Shown in pieces: positions 39,897 to 49,174 of a stretch of DNA of 64,000 nucleotides (its first letter is position 1; each line of letters begins with the position of its first letter). This DNA comes from Candidatus Kaftiobacterium secundum (GTDB taxonomy: Bacteria > Sysuimicrobiota > Sysuimicrobiia > Sysuimicrobiales > Kaftiobacteriaceae). The notes beneath the pieces were generated by a model. The model ran no database searches, was not told the origin of the DNA, and worked only from the letters and a program-made list of their open reading frames with translations. The DNA is taken from positions 14,247 through 78,246 of the forward strand of contig JAVKHY010000011.1 of assembly GCA_031459765.1 (NCBI GenBank), read 5' to 3'. A program made the position numbers and the translations under genes.

Positions 39897-40879
39897 AAGC
39901 GATCATCCCCGTGGCCGGGTACGGCACGCGGCTGCGGCCCCATACCCACACCCAGCCCAAGGCCCTGATGCACGTGGCCGGCAAGCCCATCCTGGCCCAC
40001 ATCATCGACGAGCTGGCCGCCGTGGGCGTGGACGAGATCGTCCTCGTCGTGGGCTACCTGGGGGAGAAGATCGAGGCCTTCGCCCGCCAGCGGTACGGCC
40101 ACCTCCGCCTGCACTTCGTGGTGCAGGAGGAGCCGCTGGGCAACGGCCATGCCGTCTACGTGGCGCGGGCGCACCTGGACGGCTCGCCCGTGGTCCTGAT
40201 CTTCGGCGACACGATCATCAAGGGCGACCTGGCCGGGCTCCTCGCCCGGCGGGAGTCGCTGGCCGGGGTAAAGCCGGTGGACGATCCCCGGCGTCTGGGC
40301 GTGGTGGAGGTGGACGCGCGGGGCCGGATCAGGCGGTTCATCGAGAAGCCCGAGCACCCCACCTCCAATCTGGCCCTGATCGGCGTCTACCACATCTGGA
40401 ACTCCGCGGCGCTGGCCGCGGCGCTGGAGCGGCTGGTGCGCGAGGACCGGCGGGTCCGGGGGGAGTTCTGGCTGGCCGACGGATTGCAGCTGATGGTGGA
40501 CGCCGGCGAGCCGATGGGGACCTTCCCCATCGACCACTGGTACGACTGCGGGACGGCGGAGTCGCTGCTGGCGGCCAACCACGAGCTGCTGGAGATGGTC
40601 CCCCCGCACCCCCCGCGGGCCGCCGACGCCACCGTGGTCATCCCCCCGTCCTATGTGAGCCCGGCGGCGGAGATCAGCGGGTCGGTCATCGGCCCCTACG
40701 TCTCCATCGCCGAAGGCGCCCGCGTCACTCACTCGGTGATCCGCGACTCCATCGTCAACGCCTACGCCGAGGTGGCGGACGCCCTGCTGGAACGCTCCAT
40801 CGTCGGCGAACGGGCCGTGGTCAAGGGCCGGCCCGCCCGGGTCAACGTCGGCGACTCCTCGGCCATCGAGCTGACCTGA
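39893..40879 (+). CDS. Sugar-1-phosphate nucleotidyltransferase with C-terminal left-handed beta-helix
   Basis: [41 protein letters not shown] is an RmlA/GalU-like N-terminus. GTG overlaps the upstream TGA. Confidence 0.75.
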   Translation: [328 protein letters not shown]

Positions 40880-40966
40880 GCGCCCGCTGTCCGGGCGCGG
40901 CGCTCCCGGCGCCGTGGTAGACTGATGCCACGGTCGGGCGCGACGTGGCTCAAGGGAGGCGGTGTC

Positions 40967-41413
40967 ATGATCTCCGAAGATCACTCTAATGCCCGGGCGC
41001 CGCTCCCAAGGGCGGCAGAGACGGACCGGGCGCTGGCCGAGGTGGCGCGGCGTCACGACGTCCGCCTCGTCATCGCCTTCGGCTCACGGGCGAAGGGGAA
41101 GGTCCATCCGGGTAGCGATCTTGATCTCGCCGTGCTGGTGGACAGACCTGCCGACCACAGGGAAGAGGATCTGGGCGCCGACCTGCAGGCGCTCTTTCCC
41201 GACCGGATCGTCGACGTGGTCTGGTTGCATCGCGCAGACCCCCTGCTGGCGTGGGAGATCACGCGGGCTGGCCGGCTGCTCTACGGAGAGCGGAGCGAGT
41301 GGACACGGTACGCTATCTACGCCTGGCGCCGATTCGTGGACTACATGCGGTTCTTTGACCTCGAGGCCGACGCCGTAGAGCGGGGCGTCGCCCGCCTGCG
41401 CCATGCCCGTTGA
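40967..41413 (+). CDS. mntA: MntA-like minimal nucleotidyltransferase antitoxin (type VII TA)
   Basis: GSRAKGKVHPGSDLDLAV is the NTase GS...DxD motif. A GGGAGG SD precedes the ATG. Confidence 0.6.
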   Translation: MISEDHSNARAPLPRAAETDRALAEVARRHDVRLVIAFGSRAKGKVHPGSDLDLAVLVDRPADHREEDLGADLQALFPDRIVDVVWLHRADPLLAWEITRAGRLLYGERSEWTRYAIYAWRRFVDYMRFFDLEADAVERGVARLRHAR

Positions 41414-41834
41414 CCGGATCCTGGTCACGCGGAAGATCGCCCTGATCCTTGAAGATCTGAAAGATCTGGAGCCTCTGCGCAGGCTGCCGGCAACGGAGTT
41501 CCTCGCCAGCAGGACGCATCGGCTGGTAGCCGAGCGACTGCTCGAGCGGATCATCGGCCGCATGATCGACATCAACTATCATCTGATCACCGAGGTGGCC
41601 GGGCTGCCGCCGAAGGATTTCTACGAGTCGTTCGTCAGGTTGGCCGCCCTCGGCGTCCTGTCACCGGACCTGGCCGCCGCCTTGGCCCCGGCGGCCGGTC
41701 TGAGGAATCGCCTGGCCCACGAGTACAACGAGATCGACTATCGGAAGATCCATGAGGCGATCGGCCGCATCCTGGAGCAGGTCGGGCCGTATCTGGAGGC
41801 GGTGCGGGGGTTCGTGGAGGGTTTGTCTGATTGA
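41403..41834 (+). CDS. hepT: HepT-like (DUF86) RNase toxin
   Basis: [12 protein letters not shown] matches the Rx4HxY HepT motif. It overlaps mntA by 11 nt. Confidence 0.65.
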   Translation: MPVDRILVTRKIALILEDLKDLEPLRRLPATEFLASRTHRLVAERLLERIIGRMIDINYHLITEVAGLPPKDFYESFVRLAALGVLSPDLAAALAPAAGLRNRLAHEYNEIDYRKIHEAIGRILEQVGPYLEAVRGFVEGLSD

Positions 41835-41860
41835 CAGCGCCTTTCGCCCCACGGTAGAAT
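41831..41860 (+). promoter_or_regulatory. Sigma-A-type promoter TTGACA-N18-TAGAAT for rplM-rpsI
   Basis: Consensus -35 and near-consensus -10. The -10 ends 11 nt before the rplM ATG and there is no SD. The -35 overlaps the hepT stop codon. Confidence 0.5.
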
Positions 41861-41871
41861 GGGCCGTTGCC

Positions 41872-42306
41872 ATGAAAACGATGTTGCCCCGGGAGTACCG
41901 CCGGACGCGGCGCTGGTACGTCGTGGACGCCGACGGGCAGGTCCTCGGCCGGCTGGCCACGCGGGTGGCCGCGTTGCTGCGCGGCAAGCACAAGGCGCTG
42001 TTCACGCCGCATCTGGACGCCGGCGACGGCGTGATCGTGGTAAACGCGGAGAAGGTCCGGGTGACCGGGCGCAAGGCCGAGCGCAAGATCGTCTACCGGC
42101 ACAGCGGCTATCCGGGAGGGCTGAAGGCCCGGACGCTGGGCAGTCTGCTCAAGACCAGGCCGGAGCGGGTCATCACCGACGCGGTGCGGGGAATGCTGCC
42201 CCAGACGCCGCTGGGCGACCGGATGATCCGCCGGCTCAAGGTCTACCGGGGCGCCGAGCACCCGCACCGGGCGCAGCAGCCGGCGATGGTTTCGGAGACG
42301 AGGTGA
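41872..42306 (+). CDS. rplM: 50S ribosomal protein L13
   Basis: [52 protein letters not shown]. Confidence 0.9.
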   Translation: MKTMLPREYRRTRRWYVVDADGQVLGRLATRVAALLRGKHKALFTPHLDAGDGVIVVNAEKVRVTGRKAERKIVYRHSGYPGGLKARTLGSLLKTRPERVITDAVRGMLPQTPLGDRMIRRLKVYRGAEHPHRAQQPAMVSETR

Positions 42307-42312
42307 ACTGAC

Positions 42313-42708
42313 GTGGCCGTGGAGACGGTGGCCAGCGGGACCGGACGCCGGAAGAATGCCGTGGCCCGGGTGCGCCTGCTCCCGGGCAGCGGCAAGATCA
42401 TCGTCAACGGCAAGACGGCCCAGGAGTATTTTTCCCGTCCGGCGCTGCTGACCATGCTGGAACAGCCGCTGGTTGCCGCCGAGGCCCAGGGCCGGTTCGA
42501 CGTTGTGGCCACGGTCGTCGGCGGCGGCATCTCCGGCCAGGCCGGCGCGCTGCGCCACGGGATCGCCCGGGCCCTGGCCGCCTCCGACGGCGCGCTGCGG
42601 TCGCCGCTGCACAAGGCCGGGCTGCTCACCCGGGATCCCCGGATGAAGGAGCGCAAGAAGTACGGGCGCAAGCGCGCGCGGAAGGGGTTCCAGTACTCGA
42701 AGCGGTAA
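42313..42708 (+). CDS. rpsI: 30S ribosomal protein S9
   Basis: [25 protein letters not shown]...[16 protein letters not shown]. Confidence 0.9.
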   Translation: MAVETVASGTGRRKNAVARVRLLPGSGKIIVNGKTAQEYFSRPALLTMLEQPLVAAEAQGRFDVVATVVGGGISGQAGALRHGIARALAASDGALRSPLHKAGLLTRDPRMKERKKYGRKRARKGFQYSKR

Positions 42709-42751
42709 CTGTCGTCCTGCGGGAGAGGTGGAGGAAGGCAGAGACCCGGTG

Positions 42752-42790
42752 ATCCGGGTCTCTGCTCTTTTTGTGTGTCGGCGAGGTCTA
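42752..42790 (+). terminator. Rho-independent terminator
   Basis: cagagacccgg-tgat-ccgggtctctg stem followed by a ctcttttt T-tract. Confidence 0.65.
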
Positions 42791-42842
42791 CCGGGCGTCA
42801 GGGGTCGGGCACAGCACTGGTACCACGACCGCCGAGGCTTCG

Positions 42843-43976
42843 ATGCGCAACGCTCTGGCCGCCACGCTCCTCCCGCTCGTCCTCACCGCCCTCCTGGCGG
42901 CGGCCGGGCCCGCCTTCGGCGGTCCGGTCACTCACGTCGTGCGCCCGGGCGAGAACCTCTTCCGCATCGCCCTGCGCTATGGGGTCACGGTCGAGGCGAT
43001 CGCTCGGGCCAACGGCATCGTCGATCCGGAGCGCATCCGGGCCGGCCTGGTCCTCACCATTCCCGCATCCTCGATGCGCCCGGCGGCGTTGACCTCCGCG
43101 GCCGCCGCGCGCCCCGGTATCCCCAGGGCCGCGGCCGTCGCCCGCTCCTACCGCGTCCAGCGCGGCGATACGCTCTTCGCCATCGCCCGGCGCTTCGACA
43201 CCACGGTGGCCGCGTTGCAGGCGACCAACGGGCTGCGCTCGGAGCTCATCCACCCCGGCCAGGTCCTGACGATCCCCGGCGAGCGCCCGGTGCCGTCCAC
43301 CCCCGGCGCGCCGCGGCCGCCGGCGACGGCGCCCTCCCGTCCGGCGCCGCGCCCCTTCCGGACCCCGCTCTCCGTGGAGGTCGGCGATGAGGTCCGGGCC
43401 GCGCAGGCGCTGCGGCTGCGCAGCGGTCCGAAGTCGTACCTCGTGGCCATCACGCTGGTCGCTCCGGAGACGCCGCTGCGGGTGCTGGCCCGCACCGACG
43501 GCTGGTACCAGGTGCGGCTGCCGGACGGCGACGAGGGGTGGGTGAGGGACGACGAACTGCGCACCCTCCCGCGCGCGACGCCGGCCCCCGCCGCCCTCGT
43601 CCGCGGCGCGGACATTGTGCGGGACGCGATGCGCTACCTCGGCGTGCCCTACCGCTGGGGCGGGACCTCCGCGCAGAGCGTGGACTGCTCCGGCTTCGTC
43701 TACCTCATCTTCGGGGCGCGCCTGCCGGATCTGGCGCGCCTGCGCTCCTACGATTACTTCCGGATGGGGACGCCGGTGAAGAGCGAAGACCTCCTGCCGG
43801 GCGACCTGGTATTCTTCACCACCTATGCGCCCGGGCCGTCCCACGTGGGCATCTACATCGGCGACGGGAGGTTCATCCACGCCTCCTCGGGTGCCCGCCG
43901 GGTGGTCGTCTCGCCGCTGGCCGACGCCTACTACGCCGCCCGCTACCTCGGCGCGCGCCGCCTGCTCGCCCCCTGA
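42843..43976 (+). CDS. LysM(x2)-SH3-NlpC/P60 peptidoglycan endopeptidase
   Basis: Signal peptide. Two LysM repeats (HVVRPGENLFRIALRYGVTVEAIARANG; YRVQRGDTLFAIARRFDTTVAALQATNG). NlpC/P60 Cys and His: VDCSGFV...GPSHVGIY. Confidence 0.75.
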   Translation: MRNALAATLLPLVLTALLAAAGPAFGGPVTHVVRPGENLFRIALRYGVTVEAIARANGIVDPERIRAGLVLTIPASSMRPAALTSAAAARPGIPRAAAVARSYRVQRGDTLFAIARRFDTTVAALQATNGLRSELIHPGQVLTIPGERPVPSTPGAPRPPATAPSRPAPRPFRTPLSVEVGDEVRAAQALRLRSGPKSYLVAITLVAPETPLRVLARTDGWYQVRLPDGDEGWVRDDELRTLPRATPAPAALVRGADIVRDAMRYLGVPYRWGGTSAQSVDCSGFVYLIFGARLPDLARLRSYDYFRMGTPVKSEDLLPGDLVFFTTYAPGPSHVGIYIGDGRFIHASSGARRVVVSPLADAYYAARYLGARRLLAP

Positions 43977-43997
43977 CCGCGGGAGTCTACCACTCTA

Positions 43998-45425
43998 TTG
44001 GTTTGGAGGCACTCCGTCAACCGGCGGGCGCCGGTGGTGGACGGGGGAGGGGTGGAGGCCCCGCTTTCCAGAAGAAGCAGGGATGTGGGACAGCCCAGGT
44101 CGTCGGCGGTCCGTCGCGTCCTCATCCTCGGCGCCGGAGGGCGCGACTTCCACAACTTCAACGTCTTCTTCCGGACGCGGCCGGAGTACGAGGTGGTGGG
44201 CTTCACCGCCACGCAGATCCCGGCCCTCGAGGGCCGCGTCTATCCGCCGGCGCTGGCCGGGGAGCGCTATCCGCAGGGCATTCCCATCTACCCCGAGGAG
44301 GACCTGGAGCGGCTGATCCGCGAGCACCGGGTGGACGACGTGGTCTTCGCCTACAGCGACGTCTCCCACGAGCACGTGATGCACCTGGCCAGCCGGGCCG
44401 CGGCCTGCGGCGCCTCCTTCCTCCTGCTCGGTCCCCGGGACACGATGCTGGCGTCCAGGGTGCCGGTGGTGAGCATCGGCGCGGCGCGGACCGGCGCCGG
44501 GAAGAGCCAGACCACCCGCCGCGTGGCGGCCGTCCTGAAGCGGTTCGGCCGGCGCGTCGCGGTCATCCGCCACCCCATGGCCTACGGGGATTTCGTCCGT
44601 CAGCGCGCCCAGCGCTTCGCCACGCTGGAGGACCTGGATCGCTACGACGCCACCATCGAGGAGCGCGAAGAGTACGAACCGCACCTGCTGCAGGGGACCA
44701 TTGTCTATGCCGGCGTGGACTACGCCGAGGTGCTGGCCCGGGCCGAAGCCGAGGCGGAGGTCATCGTCTGGGACGGCGGGAACAACGACTTCCCCTTCCT
44801 GCGCCCGTCCCTGCACATCGTCGTCCTGGATCCCCACCGCGCCGGGCACGAACTCCGCTACCACCCCGGAGAGACCAACCTGCGCATGGCGGACGTCCTG
44901 GTCATCAACAAGGTGGACACGGCGCGGCCGGACGACGTGATGGTCGTGCGCGCCAACGCCGCCCGGGTGAATCCGCGGGCCGTGATCGTCGAGGCCGCCT
45001 CCCCGGTCAGCGTCGACGACCCCGCACTCATCCGCGGCCGGCGGGTCCTCGTCGTGGAGGACGGCCCCACCCTGACCCACGGGGGGATGGCCTTCGGCGC
45101 GGCCACCCTGGCCGCCCGCAACCACGGGGCCAGAGAGCTCGTCGATCCACGCCCGCATGCGGTGGGCAGCATCCGCGAGGTGTTCGAGGAGTACCGGCAC
45201 CTGGGGCCGGTGCTGCCGGCGATGGGGTACGGCCCGGAGCAGGTGCGCGAACTGCGGGAGACGATCGAGCGGGCCGGGGCGGAGGTCGTGGTGATCGGCA
45301 CGCCGGTGGATCTGCGCCGCCTGATGACGCTGGCCGCCCCGGCCGTCCGGGTGCGTTACGAGCTGGAGGAGCGGACCCGCCCGGACCTCGAGGACATCCT
45401 GCGGGAGTGGCAGGAGGGACGTTGA
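43998..45425 (+). CDS. Cyclic 2,3-diphosphoglycerate synthetase-like P-loop protein
   Basis: VVSIGAARTGAGKSQTTRRVAAVL P-loop. Overall length and motif order resemble the cPGS family. The start may be a downstream GTG (VRRVLILGAGG). Confidence 0.4.
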   Translation: MVWRHSVNRRAPVVDGGGVEAPLSRRSRDVGQPRSSAVRRVLILGAGGRDFHNFNVFFRTRPEYEVVGFTATQIPALEGRVYPPALAGERYPQGIPIYPEEDLERLIREHRVDDVVFAYSDVSHEHVMHLASRAAACGASFLLLGPRDTMLASRVPVVSIGAARTGAGKSQTTRRVAAVLKRFGRRVAVIRHPMAYGDFVRQRAQRFATLEDLDRYDATIEEREEYEPHLLQGTIVYAGVDYAEVLARAEAEAEVIVWDGGNNDFPFLRPSLHIVVLDPHRAGHELRYHPGETNLRMADVLVINKVDTARPDDVMVVRANAARVNPRAVIVEAASPVSVDDPALIRGRRVLVVEDGPTLTHGGMAFGAATLAARNHGARELVDPRPHAVGSIREVFEEYRHLGPVLPAMGYGPEQVRELRETIERAGAEVVVIGTPVDLRRLMTLAAPAVRVRYELEERTRPDLEDILREWQEGR

Positions 45426-45427
45426 AG

Positions 45428-46357
45428 ATGGCTGCGGAGATGCTCCGGGGGCGCGATCTGCTCTCCATGGACGACCTCAGCCGGGAGGAGCTGCAGGCCG
45501 TGCTGGCGCGGGCCGCCGACCTCAAGGCGCGCCTGCGCGCCGGGGAGCAGCCGCCGGTGGCGGCGGGGAAGACGCTGGCCATGATCTTCGAGAAGCCGTC
45601 GCTGCGCACGCGGGTGACCTTCGAGGTCGGGATGCGTCAGCTGGGCGGCCAGGCCGTCTACCTGGCCCCGCAGGACATCCAGCTGGGCACGCGGGAGAGC
45701 GTCCCCGATGTGGCCCGCAACCTCTCCCGGTGGGTGGAGGCGATCATGGCCCGCACCTACGCCCACCGGACGGTCCAGGAGCTGGCCGACCACGCCTCGG
45801 TGCCCGTCATCAACGGGCTCTCGGATCGGGAACACCCCTGCCAGACGCTGGGCGACCTGCTCACCATTCAAGAGCACTTCGGGCGACTGGAGGGGATCCG
45901 CCTGACGTGGGTGGGCGACGGCAACAACGTGCTCCACTCGCTGCTCCTCGGCGGGGCCAAGGTCGGCCTGCGGATCACCGTGAGCACCCCGCCGGCCTAT
46001 GAGCCGGCGGGGGAAGTGGTCGCCCGGGCCCGGGCCATCGGCGGGGAGGGGGCGGTGGTCCTCATGCCCGACCCCTACGAGGCGGTGCGCGGGGCCGACG
46101 TCATCTACACCGACGTCTGGGTGAGCATGGGGCAGGAGGCCGAGCGCGAACAGCGGCTGCGCGCCTTCGCCGGGTACCGGGTCGACGGCGCCCTCCTCCG
46201 TGCCGCCGGGGGGCCGGTCAGGGTCATGCACTGCCTGCCGGCGCACCGGGGAGAGGAGATCACCGCGGAGGTGCTGGACGGTCCCCAGGCCATCGTCCTG
46301 GACCAGGCCGAGAACCGGCTGCATGCACAGAAGGGACTGCTGGCGATGATACTCTAG
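45428..46357 (+). CDS. argF: Ornithine carbamoyltransferase
   Basis: SLRTR carbamoyl-phosphate motif. HPCQ. Ornithine-binding DVWVSMG. Confidence 0.85.
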   Translation: MAAEMLRGRDLLSMDDLSREELQAVLARAADLKARLRAGEQPPVAAGKTLAMIFEKPSLRTRVTFEVGMRQLGGQAVYLAPQDIQLGTRESVPDVARNLSRWVEAIMARTYAHRTVQELADHASVPVINGLSDREHPCQTLGDLLTIQEHFGRLEGIRLTWVGDGNNVLHSLLLGGAKVGLRITVSTPPAYEPAGEVVARARAIGGEGAVVLMPDPYEAVRGADVIYTDVWVSMGQEAEREQRLRAFAGYRVDGALLRAAGGPVRVMHCLPAHRGEEITAEVLDGPQAIVLDQAENRLHAQKGLLAMIL

Positions 46358-46369
46358 CGGCGAGGCCTC

Positions 46370-47185
46370 ATGCCCGTTGAGATCCGGCTCCTGGACATCC
46401 TGGACATCCTGATTGTGACCGTGCTCGTCTACCAGGTGCTGCTGCTCATCCGCGGCACCCGGGCGGTGCAGCTGGTGACGGGGTTGGGGGTGCTGCTCCT
46501 GGTTTACGCCATCAGCCGGTGGCTGCAGCTGCACACCCTGCAGTCGCTGCTGGAATACCTGGGGGCCGTCATCCCGCTCGCCCTCCTTGTGCTCTTCCAG
46601 CCCGAGCTCCGCCGGATGCTGGAACAGCTGGGGCGGGGCGGCGTGCTGGTCACCGGGCTGGCCCCGCCCGGATTGGCCCGCGAGGAGGCCATCCGCCTGG
46701 CCAACGACCTCTCGCGGGCCGGGCGTGTGCTGAGTCTGCGGAAGATCGGGGCGCTGATCGTGCTGGAGCGTCGCACCGGGCTCACGGACTTCATCGAGAC
46801 CGGCATCAAGGTGGACGGCGTGGTCACGGTGCAGCTCCTCATCAACCTCTTCTTCCCCAACTCGCCGCTGCACGACGGGGCGGCGATCATCCGGGGCAAC
46901 CGGGTCATGGCCGCGGGCTGCCTGCTCCCCTTGAGCGAGAACCCCGGTCTCAGCCGCACGCTGGGCACGCGCCACCGCGCCGCGGTGGGCATCTCCGAGC
47001 AGACCGACGCCGTGGCCATCGTCATCTCGGAGGAGACGGGGACGATCTCGCTGGCCCGCGACGGCGAACTGATCCGCGGGCTCTCCGAGGAAGAGCTGAA
47101 GGCCTCGCTGCTGGAGCTGTTCACCCCCGAAGCGCAGGGGGGCCGGGTCCGCTGGCGGTGGTGGCGGGTGGCGGCGCGACGATGA
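46370..47185 (+). CDS. cdaA: Diadenylate cyclase CdaA (DAC domain with N-terminal TM)
   Basis: DGAAIIRGNRVMAAGCLLPL...GTRHRAAVGISEQTDAVAIVISEETG. Confidence 0.85.
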   Translation: MPVEIRLLDILDILIVTVLVYQVLLLIRGTRAVQLVTGLGVLLLVYAISRWLQLHTLQSLLEYLGAVIPLALLVLFQPELRRMLEQLGRGGVLVTGLAPPGLAREEAIRLANDLSRAGRVLSLRKIGALIVLERRTGLTDFIETGIKVDGVVTVQLLINLFFPNSPLHDGAAIIRGNRVMAAGCLLPLSENPGLSRTLGTRHRAAVGISEQTDAVAIVISEETGTISLARDGELIRGLSEEELKASLLELFTPEAQGGRVRWRWWRVAARR

Positions 47186-47835
47186 GGTTCCGGCGCATCA
47201 ACGAACAGACCCTGCTGCTGGTGCTGTCCTTCCTCATCAGCGTGGCCCTGTGGGCCTACGTGACCTCGGCCCGGATCACTCCGGCGCCCCAGGCGACGAC
47301 CAAAGTCGTGGCCGTGGTCCCGGCCATCACCGGCGAGCCGGCCTACGGTTACAGCCTGCTCGGCATCCGCGTCACCCCGCTGACGGTGACGCTGACCGGT
47401 CCCCCGGCGGTCCTGGCCCCCATTCAGTCCGTGTCCACGGAGCCGGTGAATATCGGGGGACAGACGCGCGACTTCGTGCAGGAAGTCGCCGTCCTGCCGC
47501 CTCCCGGCACGCAGGTCGGCGGCCGCGTGCGGGTGGCGGTCCAGATCGTGCCGGCGGTGGCCGTGACGACGGTGCGGGGAATCCCCGTCCAGGTGCCGCC
47601 CCTGCCCGGGGGGTACGTGGCCGAGGTCCAGCCGGACCGCGTCGCCGTGGAGGTGCAGGGGCCGGTGACGGTGGTGAACCGGCTGCGGGCGGCGGACTTC
47701 ACGGCCCGCGTGGACGGCCTGGAGGCGACCGTGGGGCGGCAGCGGGCGCAGGTCAGGGTGCAGGCCCCGCCCCAGGTCGAGGTGCTCAACATCACCCCGG
47801 CCGGCGTGACCGTGACGGTGCGCAGGGGCGGCTAG
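47182..47835 (+). CDS. cdaR: CdaR/YbbR-domain regulator of CdaA
   Basis: N-terminal TM. YbbR-like repeats. ATGA overlap with cdaA. Position between cdaA and glmM. Confidence 0.65.
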   Translation: MRFRRINEQTLLLVLSFLISVALWAYVTSARITPAPQATTKVVAVVPAITGEPAYGYSLLGIRVTPLTVTLTGPPAVLAPIQSVSTEPVNIGGQTRDFVQEVAVLPPPGTQVGGRVRVAVQIVPAVAVTTVRGIPVQVPPLPGGYVAEVQPDRVAVEVQGPVTVVNRLRAADFTARVDGLEATVGRQRAQVRVQAPPQVEVLNITPAGVTVTVRRGG

Positions 47836-47836
47836 C

Positions 47837-49174
47837 ATGGGCCGGTTGTTCGGGACCGACGGAATTCGGGGGGTGGCCAACGTGGACCTCACCCCGGAGC
47901 TGGCCTTCAAGGTCGGCCGCGCCGCCGCACACGTCCTGGGCGACGCCGGCGGCCGCTTCGTCATCGGACACGACACCCGGCTGTCCGGGGAGATGCTGGA
48001 GGCGGCGCTGGTCGCGGGCATCTGCTCCACCGGGGGCCGCGTGCTGCGGGCGGGCATCCTGCCCACGCCGGCGCTGGCCTACCTGGGCCGGGTCCACCGG
48101 GCGGTGGCCGTGGCCATCTCGGCCTCGCACAATCCGGTGGAGGACAACGGGATCAAGTTCTTCGGGCCGGACGGCTTCAAGCTGCCGGACGCGGTGGAGG
48201 ACGCCATCGAGGCCTCCCTGGACCGCCACGACCTCCGCCGGGCGGTCGGGGCGGAGGTGGGGCGGACCGAGGTGCTGCCCGACGCCGCGGAGCGCTACGC
48301 CGACTACGTGGCCTCCCTGGCCACGGCCCGGTGCGACGGCCTGCGGGTGGTGGTGGACTGCGCCTTCGGCGCGGCCTGCCCGGTGGCGCCGCTGGTCTGG
48401 GAACGGCTCGGCGCCACCGTCATCCCGATCAACGCCGCGCCCGACGGCAGCCGCATCAACGTGGACTGCGGCTCCACCCATCCCGAGGTGATCCAGGCCG
48501 CCGTGCGGGAGCACGGCGCCGACCTGGCCTTCGCCCACGACGGGGACGCGGACCGGGTGATCGCGGCGGATGAGACGGGCCGGATCGTGGACGGGGACGC
48601 CATCATGGGAGTGTGCGCCCTGCACCTGGCCCGGGCCAACCGCCTGCCGGGGAACGTCGTGGTGGCGACCGTGATGTCGAACCTCGGGCTGGAACTCGCC
48701 CTGCGCCGGGCCGGCCTCCGTCTGGAGCGCACCCGGGTCGGCGACCGCTACGTGCTGGAGCGGATGCGCGAACTGGATGCCAGACTGGGCGGGGAGCAAA
48801 GCGGCCACGTCATCTTCCTCGACCACGCCACCACCGGCGACGGTCTCGTCACGGCGGTCCAGGTCGTCAACGTGATGATGGAGACAGGCCGAAGGCTGAG
48901 CGACCTGGCCGCGCCCATCGAGCGCTTCCCGCAGGTCCTCAAGAACGTGCGCGTGGCCGTCCGCGACGGGATCGGCGCCCATCCGGCCGTGCAGGCCGCC
49001 GTGGGCGAGGCGGAGCGACGGCTCCGGGGACGCGGGCGCGTGCTGGTGCGCCCCTCGGGGACCGAGCCGCTGGTCCGGGTGATGGTGGAAGCCGACGACG
49101 CCGGCGAGGCGGAGGAGGTGGCCAGCCTCCTGGCAGACGTGATCGGCCGGGCCTTCGGCGCGCCGGCCTCGTGA
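47837..49174 (+). CDS. glmM: Phosphoglucosamine mutase
   Basis: MGRLFGTDGIRG. ISASHNP active-site Ser. FAHDGDADR. Confidence 0.9.
   Translation: MGRLFGTDGIRGVANVDLTPELAFKVGRAAAHVLGDAGGRFVIGHDTRLSGEMLEAALVAGICSTGGRVLRAGILPTPALAYLGRVHRAVAVAISASHNPVEDNGIKFFGPDGFKLPDAVEDAIEASLDRHDLRRAVGAEVGRTEVLPDAAERYADYVASLATARCDGLRVVVDCAFGAACPVAPLVWERLGATVIPINAAPDGSRINVDCGSTHPEVIQAAVREHGADLAFAHDGDADRVIAADETGRIVDGDAIMGVCALHLARANRLPGNVVVATVMSNLGLELALRRAGLRLERTRVGDRYVLERMRELDARLGGEQSGHVIFLDHATTGDGLVTAVQVVNVMMETGRRLSDLAAPIERFPQVLKNVRVAVRDGIGAHPAVQAAVGEAERRLRGRGRVLVRPSGTEPLVRVMVEADDAGEAEEVASLLADVIGRAFGAPAS

Noticed and set aside
43538-46357. 939-aa ORF implying a giant fusion protein ending in argF
   Set aside because: Only the last 310 aa are OTCase-like, and a clear ATG with context lies at 45428. 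The upstream part of the frame overlaps the NlpC/P60 and cPGS-like genes in other frames.
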